From positions 5,009 to 69,008 of the forward strand of contig CAZOEF010000003.1 in NCBI GenBank assembly GCA_964578845.1: DNA of 64,000 nt, given 5' to 3'. Position numbers and translations under genes: made by a program. This DNA is from Candidatus Woesearchaeota archaeon. GTDB lineage: Archaea > Nanobdellota > Nanobdellia > Pacearchaeales > GW2011-AR1. A model generated the notes under the pieces. That model did no database searches and was not told where the DNA came from. It was given only the letters and a program-made list of their open reading frames with translations. This document shows positions 47,441 through 54,432 of the stretch, in pieces; position 1 is the first letter of the stretch; the number at the start of each line of letters is the position of its first letter.

Positions 47441-48006
47441 AAAAGACAAGGAAAAATCATGCTAAGAAAAAGACTAAGCCAGCTAAGAAAATTGTAGAGA
47501 AAGCTGAAGAGACTTATGTCCCTTACAAGTCAGCCATAGCTAAAAAAGAAGAGAAGCCTGTTGCAAAAAAATACAAGACTTTTCTCTCAGAAAAGAAATT
47601 GAACCATTTGCTTAAGATTGGAGATGTAGAGGAATTCTATTATTTGGCTAATATTCTGAAAGAGAATGAGATTGAAGCGTTTATTGAGCACTATAAACTA
47701 AAAAAGCCGAACCCTAAAGAGAATAGAATTTCTGCGATGATCCATAGGGCAAAAACTCCTTCTGAGCTGCTTGACATTGTAAAATCAGAAAGTGCAAATC
47801 ATTTGAAAGAAAGATACGATGATCTGAAGAAATTGATCAGTGAAAAAAGGAAAAAAGGCAAGGACGTTTATGTTCCAGACATAAAGCTGATGTCAGTGCC
47901 TTTAAAGATAAAGATTTATTTGGCAACCATGGAGAAAAAAGACTTTTACAAAGTAAAGAAAATGCTTGATGATATTCAGGCAGAGCTTGAAAAAATTATT
48001 CCTTAA
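47437..48006 (+). CDS. Polybasic helical protein (189 aa), last gene of the ATPase operon
   Basis: It starts MKKTRKNHAKKKTKPAKK. An ATGA overlap links it to the ATPase gene. I recognised no family. Confidence 0.5.
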   Translation: MKKTRKNHAKKKTKPAKKIVEKAEETYVPYKSAIAKKEEKPVAKKYKTFLSEKKLNHLLKIGDVEEFYYLANILKENEIEAFIEHYKLKKPNPKENRISAMIHRAKTPSELLDIVKSESANHLKERYDDLKKLISEKRKKGKDVYVPDIKLMSVPLKIKIYLATMEKKDFYKVKKMLDDIQAELEKIIP

Positions 48007-50701
48007 AATATTGTATCTTGTTCTTGAAATGTATTCCTATAGCGGTCAGTACTAGTACTCCGAATGTTACTGCCATTATCATTCCCCAATCTGTTAGATT
48101 TAATGGGACAGTGCCAAAGAATGTGCTTAGTGGTGTATATATTACTGATAACTGCAATGCCATTGAAGCTGCCACAGCAAGAACCAGGTATTTATTGCTA
48201 AATGGGCCTAGTTTATATTCTGATCTTATAGCCTGCAATCTTACTAATTCCATGACTATGATTGCAGTAAACGCTAAGGTCTGGATTTTCATGATCATTT
48301 CATTGTGTTCTAGAATGGAATAATGGACCATTCCCCAATAGAATAATCCCAGGACTGCTAAAGTTATCAAGCTGGAAACATACAGGATATTGAACATCAT
48401 TGACCTGTTCATTATTCCCTCCTTTGCCTTTCTAGGAGGTTTCTTCATTAGGTCCTTAGAATTATTATCAACTCCTAATGCTAATGCAGGCAGTCCATCA
48501 GTGACTAAATTCAGCCATAGAAGCATTACTGCTGTCATGGGCAATGGCCATCCTAATATGACTGCAAGGAATATTATCAATACTTCTGCAAGATTTGATG
48601 ATAATAGATAATTGACAAACTTTGTTATGTTCTCATAAACTCCTCTTCCTTCCTCGACAGAATTGACAATGCTTGCAAAATTATCATCTTGCAGCACCAT
48701 ATCGCTTGCTTCTTTCGCTACATCAGTCCCCTTAATCCCCATTGCTATTCCGATATCTGCTTTCTTCAATGCAGGGGCATCATTCACTCCGTCTCCAGTC
48801 ATTGCGACAATTACATTCCCCTTGTCTTGTAACAGGTTGACTATCAGCATCTTATGGCTAGGGTCTACTCTTGAGAAAATAGATATTGTTTCCAGGGATT
48901 TTCTTTGTTCATCTTCAGGCATGCTTGCAAAATCAGTCCCATTTATCGATGTGCCTTCAATGCCTATTTCTTTGGCTATTGCTTCAGCTGTATGCTGGTT
49001 ATCCCCTGTTATCATTATTACTCTTATGCCTGCTTCCTTGCATCTTTGCAAAGCTTCCTTTACTTCTGGCCTTGGAGGATCTATCATTCCCTGCAAGCCG
49101 ACAAAGATCAGGTCTTCCTCTATTTTTCCCTTTGAATACTGTTTATAAGCAAATCCTAACACCCTTAAGGCTTGGCTGGAAAATATCTCATTTTTTTCAA
49201 GTATCTCTTTCTTCAAACTTGGAGTTAATCTTATGACTCTATTATTTATTAGAACCTTATTGCACCTTTCCAGAACTTGCTCAGGGGCGCCTTTAGTGAA
49301 GACAAGTTCCTTGTTCGTCTTAGGGTCCTTGTTTATTGTGCTCATCATCTTTCTCTCAGAATCAAAAGGCTCTTCTTTCGTTCTTGCCCAGGATTTCCTT
49401 AATTCATTATAATCTATTCCTGCTTTCTCAGCACTTATTATCAAAGCTGTTTCTGTTGGGTCTCCAGTGCCAATGATCTTATGGCCCTCAACATTAAGAG
49501 TTGAATTATTGCAAAGCGCCCCTATCTTGAATAAAAATAAGTCCTTTTCATTTAAGTCTAATCCGTCGCACTTTATTTCCCCATTTAATTCATGGCATTC
49601 CCCTCCGATTTCTATTTCCTTCCCATTTACAAACGCTTTCCTGACTGTCATCTCGTTCATTGTCAATGTTCCTGTCTTATCAGAACATATTACAGTTGTT
49701 TCTCCAAGAGTTTCGACAGATGGAAGTTTCCTTATCAGGGCATTGCGTTTTATCATTCTTCTCACCCCTAATGCAAGCGAGATCGTGACTATTGCAGGTA
49801 GCCCTTCAGGAACAGCTGCAACAGCTAACGCTACAGCAGTCAATAGCCACTCCTTTGCATCCAGAAGAAAGTCAATATAATTGCCTGCCAATAAAAAGTT
49901 TATACTGCCGTCCTTTAAGATTCCTGATATGAATATAATTATGCAGATCCCTATAGTAGCCATGCCAATCCAATGCCCTAACCGCTCAAGTTTTTTCTGC
50001 AAAGGGGTCGCTTCATCCTCTACTTTTGTGATCATCCCTGCAATCTTGCCTATCTCAGTTTTCATCCCGATGGATGTTACAACTGCTTTTCCTCTTCCTC
50101 TAGTTATTGCTGTTCCTGAAAATACCATGTTTTTCCTTTCAGCAAGAGGAACTATTCCATTAAGCGCTCCATCTGTTTTCGAGATAGGGTTTGATTCCCC
50201 TGTTAAGGAAGACTCTAAGGTCTGCAGGTTTATGTTCTCAATTATCCTTGCATCAGCAGAGATCTTATCGCCTTCTTCTAGCACAAGTATATCTCCTGGA
50301 ACAAGGTCCTTAGAGTCGATCATGACTATCTTGCCTCCTCGAAGAACTCGGGATTTAGGCGAGGATAATTTCTTTAATGCCTCGATTGATTTCTCTGCGC
50401 GGTATTCTTGTATGAACCCAAAAAAAGCATTAAATAATAATATGGCCAGGATGACTGCTGAATCAATGTATTCTTTTGCTAAAATCGATACTACAACTGC
50501 AAAAAGAAGGATATAAATTATAAAGCTTTTAAATTGGTTTAGAAAAAGGATTATAGGATTAAGTCTTTTTTTGCTCTCAAGCTCATTAAGTCCGAAAAGC
50601 TGCCTTCTATTAGTAACCTTATGCCCGTCTAACCCTTCCTCTTTATTTACCTTAAAATGTTCCAGTACATCCTTGGAATCTAGATTGTAAAAATTATTCA
50701 T
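47996..50701 (-). CDS. P-type (P2, Ca2+/cation-transporting) ATPase
   Basis: The motifs are TGES, the phosphorylation site CSDKTGTLT, PEGLPAIVTISLALG (M4) and the hinge TGDGVNDAPAL. The protein is 901 aa with about 10 TM helices. Confidence 0.9.
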   Translation of the reverse strand: MNNFYNLDSKDVLEHFKVNKEEGLDGHKVTNRRQLFGLNELESKKRLNPIILFLNQFKSFIIYILLFAVVVSILAKEYIDSAVILAILLFNAFFGFIQEYRAEKSIEALKKLSSPKSRVLRGGKIVMIDSKDLVPGDILVLEEGDKISADARIIENINLQTLESSLTGESNPISKTDGALNGIVPLAERKNMVFSGTAITRGRGKAVVTSIGMKTEIGKIAGMITKVEDEATPLQKKLERLGHWIGMATIGICIIIFISGILKDGSINFLLAGNYIDFLLDAKEWLLTAVALAVAAVPEGLPAIVTISLALGVRRMIKRNALIRKLPSVETLGETTVICSDKTGTLTMNEMTVRKAFVNGKEIEIGGECHELNGEIKCDGLDLNEKDLFLFKIGALCNNSTLNVEGHKIIGTGDPTETALIISAEKAGIDYNELRKSWARTKEEPFDSERKMMSTINKDPKTNKELVFTKGAPEQVLERCNKVLINNRVIRLTPSLKKEILEKNEIFSSQALRVLGFAYKQYSKGKIEEDLIFVGLQGMIDPPRPEVKEALQRCKEAGIRVIMITGDNQHTAEAIAKEIGIEGTSINGTDFASMPEDEQRKSLETISIFSRVDPSHKMLIVNLLQDKGNVIVAMTGDGVNDAPALKKADIGIAMGIKGTDVAKEASDMVLQDDNFASIVNSVEEGRGVYENITKFVNYLLSSNLAEVLIIFLAVILGWPLPMTAVMLLWLNLVTDGLPALALGVDNNSKDLMKKPPRKAKEGIMNRSMMFNILYVSSLITLAVLGLFYWGMVHYSILEHNEMIMKIQTLAFTAIIVMELVRLQAIRSEYKLGPFSNKYLVLAVAASMALQLSVIYTPLSTFFGTVPLNLTDWGMIMAVTFGVLVLTAIGIHFKNKIQYFKE

Positions 50702-50780
50702 ATCACCCTCTTAATAGAATAAAAATCTATGAAATATAAATCTATAGGTAAGTTATGTTGACAATGGATACTTCATTTTC

Positions 50781-50889
50781 GCGTTGCCCGTAAATCCATT
50801 CAGGAAGACAGTTATGCTGCTGATAATGGGTATTCCATTACATTTTCTTCTCTCAGGGCGTTGCCGCAAATCCATTCAGGAAGACAGTT
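50781..50889 (-). repeat. Duplicated about 32-bp gene-end segment (gcgttgcc[c]g[t/c]aaatccattcaggaagacagtt)
   Basis: One copy (50858..50889) encodes NCLPEWICGNA inside the 217-aa ORF. The other copy (50781..50813) spans and follows its stop codon and would encode NCLPEWIYGQ. Confidence 0.8.
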
Positions 50890-51465
50890 TAACCTAGTGC
50901 TTTCTAATGAGTATGGAGGTAAATGCCACTGCCCATTATTGTAATGCAATAATCTCATCCCGGAACGGTCATCACTTGAGTAACTTAGGCTGTTTAACCG
51001 TTCAATAGCTTCATCCCCGTCTGTTATTTTCCAGGGATTTTCTAAATAAGGTGTTATTTTTCCATTTGCTACATATCCCAATGCTCCGAATGGCACTATT
51101 AGAGGTGTACTAAGCCTGAAAAATTCTGCCTGGGTTTTTAATCTATCAGCTATTTCCCTGTTAGGATAACGTGTATCAAATATCACTGCCCCATAAATTC
51201 CTTCATGCTCCTTAGAAATTAGGCCTCTATTGTTCAATTCATCCATTTCATTAAAAGTTGGAAGCCTTAATCCATAAGACCTTAGTTCATTATCCTGGAC
51301 AAGATTAGAAAGAAACGTGGAAGATCCACTAGGCGGGACTAATTTATCAAGCCATCCAGCACGTGGTTTTAAAGCATAATGGAACTCATGGCTAGATATA
51401 CCTAAAAGTACAATTTCATTCACATCCCTCAGTATATTGGGCCTTTCCCACACTGCCATGGCCAT
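50812..51465 (-). CDS. Hypothetical protein (217 aa), paralog of 51518..52252
   Basis: It shares a similar layout with its neighbour: PLIVPFGALGYV versus PLIIPLRDLAYQ, and EWICGNA versus DWACGKA. I recognised no family. Confidence 0.5.
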   Translation of the reverse strand: MAMAVWERPNILRDVNEIVLLGISSHEFHYALKPRAGWLDKLVPPSGSSTFLSNLVQDNELRSYGLRLPTFNEMDELNNRGLISKEHEGIYGAVIFDTRYPNREIADRLKTQAEFFRLSTPLIVPFGALGYVANGKITPYLENPWKITDGDEAIERLNSLSYSSDDRSGMRLLHYNNGQWHLPPYSLESTRLNCLPEWICGNALREENVMEYPLSAA

Positions 51466-51517
51466 AATAAACCTAATGATTTGTTCTTATTAATTTCTTG
51501 TAGTATAAACGCCACAA

Positions 51518-52252
51518 CTATACAAGGAGTTCTATTCTTTGCCTGTATAATTCCACAACTTCATCACACTTATTCTCAACTAGTTTAGCATAAGCCTCTA
51601 ATAGCTCTCTTTTTGTTGCCTTCCCGCAAGCCCAGTCAAATGTGCTGAATGGATCTGTCAAGATCCTCCATCCTACATCTGTTCCATTAAATCCTGCAAG
51701 CCTGTAAAGTCCTGATGAAAGGGTTATTCCTGAAAGGCGCATTGCCTCTTCTCCATCAAAGATTTCAGTAGGATGCTCTTTTAAGGATATTTCATCTGAT
51801 TGATAGGCTAAATCTCTTAAGGGAATTATTAAGGGAGGTCTAAAACCGAGAGCTTGTGCCTGCTTGATAAGCTTTACAGAGATCTGGTTATTTTGACAAT
51901 GGCCTTCTGCTATGCCTAATCCATATTCCCTGCATAATTGATGGTTAGAATAAGATTCTTTCATCACCACTCCCATCTCAAACATTCCAGGAGTCCATAA
52001 TCCTCTCGGCCTTAAGACATTAATATCGAAATTTAATGCTGTGAAGAAATTGAATCCTTCTAAAATCCCTGTGTTTTCGTTGATTTGTATCTCCTTGTGT
52101 CTATTTCCTGAAAATTCCCTGCTCTGTTCATAAAAATCCATGATCCTCTCTTTTCCAAGCAAGGCAACATAAGAAAAACTACCCATTCCAAGATCCTCAA
52201 GAACAAATATGTCTCTGGCGTCATCCAGCACGTTAGAATCTCTATGGGCCAT
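51518..52252 (-). CDS. Hypothetical protein (244 aa), paralog of 50812..51465
   Basis: The shared layout is described under 50812..51465. Confidence 0.5.
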   Translation of the reverse strand: MAHRDSNVLDDARDIFVLEDLGMGSFSYVALLGKERIMDFYEQSREFSGNRHKEIQINENTGILEGFNFFTALNFDINVLRPRGLWTPGMFEMGVVMKESYSNHQLCREYGLGIAEGHCQNNQISVKLIKQAQALGFRPPLIIPLRDLAYQSDEISLKEHPTEIFDGEEAMRLSGITLSSGLYRLAGFNGTDVGWRILTDPFSTFDWACGKATKRELLEAYAKLVENKCDEVVELYRQRIELLV

Positions 52253-52296
52253 TTTAAAAAAAAGATAATTTATATTTTAATGATGTGTTGTACTAA

Positions 52297-52563
52297 TTAG
52301 GACAAGTCAAGATGGTGCTTATACATCAGGGCAACATCTTTATCTTCAAGATTATTGATTATTTGGTCACGTATTTCGTCAGAAGTGACGAATGATTTTC
52401 CCTTTATCCATGAAGTCACTTTTCGGGTGACCTTGCTAGCTATTTCTTCTGCCTTCTTTTCGCTATAATGGCAGTTTAAAGCAGCTGCATAGCACGAAGC
52501 ATAAACTTTTTTCTCATCGTAATGTTCATTAAACCCTCTTCTCTTGACCACGTGTTTTTCCAT
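52297..52563 (-). CDS. Stand-alone ATP-cone domain protein
   Basis: The 88-aa protein has VVKRRGFNEHYDEKKVYASCYAAAL...VTSDEIRDQIINNL, which matches the ATP-cone pattern. Confidence 0.6.
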   Translation of the reverse strand: MEKHVVKRRGFNEHYDEKKVYASCYAAALNCHYSEKKAEEIASKVTRKVTSWIKGKSFVTSDEIRDQIINNLEDKDVALMYKHHLDLS

Positions 52564-52580
52564 CTTTTAATTACTTCTCC

Positions 52581-53288
52581 TTAGTTTAAATTTATTGTCC
52601 CGTTTGCTATTAATATTAGCAATAACCCTAGTCCTAGTAATATCAATCCAGTTACTAGTCTCATGTACGCTTTGTTCATCTGTTTCCATTTCTGTATATT
52701 CTGCACCTTTGCTCCAAAGAACACTAAAAGTAATATTACTACTAAAGGCATTACAAAGATGATATTATAAAAAATAAGTAGTATGAATGCTGTGAGGTTA
52801 AAGTTTTGGGACAACAGCAATGTGATTGCTAAATATGGCCCTCCAGTGCATGGAAGTTCAACAGATGCAACAAAAATGCCTAGGAATACGCACGTCCCTA
52901 TCGAAACCTTTTTCATTTTCTCTTTTATTTTTTCCGCATACTTTGGGGAGATTGCTAAAGAGATCCCTTGCCCATACCAGAAATAATCTTTTATCTCCAA
53001 AACACCTGCAAAAACAACAAGCATCCCTACCGCTATAGATATATACTCAGCCCAGACTATAGGTATAGCAGAAAGGAAAGTGACTAATCCAAGCCCAAAG
53101 GCAAAATATGTCAGGAAGACAGCAAATATATACATAAATCCTATCTTTATCATCTCATTTTTTCTTTTGGCTACGACCAGTGTCGATATCAATAATATAA
53201 GGACACCTATAGCGCAAGGATTAATCGAATCTACTATTGCTGTGGCAATAACTGTTGCCAACGTCGGTAAAGCTATTTCTACTGCCAT
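52581..53288 (-). CDS. CcdA/DsbD-family thiol-disulfide transfer membrane protein
   Basis: It has six TM helices. The first motif is DSINPCAIGVLILL and a second Cys motif is LPCTGGPYL. Confidence 0.75.
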   Translation of the reverse strand: MAVEIALPTLATVIATAIVDSINPCAIGVLILLISTLVVAKRKNEMIKIGFMYIFAVFLTYFAFGLGLVTFLSAIPIVWAEYISIAVGMLVVFAGVLEIKDYFWYGQGISLAISPKYAEKIKEKMKKVSIGTCVFLGIFVASVELPCTGGPYLAITLLLSQNFNLTAFILLIFYNIIFVMPLVVILLLVFFGAKVQNIQKWKQMNKAYMRLVTGLILLGLGLLLILIANGTINLN

Positions 53289-54118
53289 TGTCTGTCTCCT
53301 ATTTTAATATCATCCCTCTTATCTTTATAATTTTCATAGTTCCATCCTTTAACTTCCCAGCTTTCGCATAAAATATCAATTGTCTCTGATTCAGATGGGT
53401 CAAATGAGATTATTATGCAGTCTCCTGGAGGAACTAATGGATCAGGATAATAAAGATAATCAGCATAATCCTCTATTCTCTCACCATTGACATATACTTT
53501 TAATGAAGAAGGCGTTCCATTGCATTCATCCCCATCCTTATATTCCTTAATGCCTTGGACAGTATTATAGATTAAATGTCCTTCCTCGAGCTTTCCCCCT
53601 ATAACCTCAAAATATTTGCCAAGGCTGATATCTTCCAGATTATTCACAGTCCCTTCTATATGTATCCTGTCATCATTATGCTCATGCAGGAGTGGACTGC
53701 CAATCTTGTTTTTTGGAAAAGTAGGGTTTACTAAGTCAAGTTTATTCCCGCATGTTAGCACCTGATAATCTGCATGCCAATGGACAGGGCCATTTGTTTC
53801 TGAAGTTATATTTTCATAGATTGTGTATCCTGAAAGATATAATGCGGACAATACAACAGGAAGCACCATGATCCAGAAAATATATTTTTTATTATTATCT
53901 TTAATCTTATCCTTGAAGATTATGCTTCCTACAGAGATTAAAACTAGCCATATGCTTGAATATACAACATATTGCACTGGACTATAAGGATTGCTGTTAG
54001 AAGTCTCTTGGGCTAATGCTCCTGAGATAGTCACAACTAATAAAAACAAGACAAAAAAAGTCCTATAAAATAAGCTTAATTTCATCTCCATCTTCTGCTT
54101 AGCAGAATTCACAGACAT
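53279..54118 (-). CDS. Membrane-anchored extracytoplasmic protein with His-rich motifs
   Basis: The TM helices are followed by PVHWHADYQVLTCG...LLHEHNDDRIHIEG. The track start at 54142 is a TTG. ATG codons at 54118 or 54091 are more likely starts. Confidence 0.5.
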   Translation of the reverse strand: MSVNSAKQKMEMKLSLFYRTFFVLFLLVVTISGALAQETSNSNPYSPVQYVVYSSIWLVLISVGSIIFKDKIKDNNKKYIFWIMVLPVVLSALYLSGYTIYENITSETNGPVHWHADYQVLTCGNKLDLVNPTFPKNKIGSPLLHEHNDDRIHIEGTVNNLEDISLGKYFEVIGGKLEEGHLIYNTVQGIKEYKDGDECNGTPSSLKVYVNGERIEDYADYLYYPDPLVPPGDCIIISFDPSESETIDILCESWEVKGWNYENYKDKRDDIKIGDRQWQ

Positions 54119-54281
54119 TCTTCTTTGAAGCCTTCTTTGCAACAGGTTTCTTCTTGCTGCTAGTTGCCTTCTTTTTTGTCCCCTTTTTTACTGGCATACT
54201 ATTCAATAGAATTTATGATTTTTAAAGATTGTTATTTGATAGTTTTTTAATTTTACAGAATTTAAGGGTTTGCGCGTTTTT

Positions 54282-54335
54282 GTAGTTCATAACTAGCTCT
54301 GCATTTACGTAGTTCATAACTAGCTCTGCATTTAC
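54282..54335. repeat. Perfect tandem repeat, 2 x 27 bp (gtagttcataactagctctgcatttac)
   Basis: The units at 54282..54308 and 54309..54335 are identical by direct reading. Confidence 0.95.
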
Positions 54336-54431
54336 GTAGTTCGTAAAAACTAAAGTTCGTAAAGACTCAGCATTTGCGTAGTTCGCAAATGCTAACGTAA
54401 ACGCTCGTGTGTTTACGCATTTCGTAAACAC
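54331..54431. promoter_or_regulatory. Array of three related palindromes TTT(A/G)CG-N5-CG(T/C)AAA
   Basis: The palindromes are 54331..54347 (6-bp arms), 54370..54392 (9-bp arms, GCATTTGCG-TAGTT-CGCAAATGC) and 54409..54431 (9-bp arms). The centres are about 42 and 39 bp apart. An extra CGTAAAC at 54396..54402 can pair alternatively with GTTTACG at 54411..54417. Confidence 0.6.
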
Positions 54432-54432
54432 T

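Noticed and set aside
48018-50516. A series of plus-strand ORFs (101-211 aa) lies opposite the P-type ATPase gene.
   Set aside because: All are antisense to a full-length ATPase carrying DKTGT, TGES and GDGVNDAPAL motifs. They are typical hydrophobic-gene shadow frames.
54282-54335. I considered whether this is a CRISPR array.
   Set aside because: It has only two directly abutting 27-bp units with no spacers, followed by degenerate palindromes. No cas genes are in the window.
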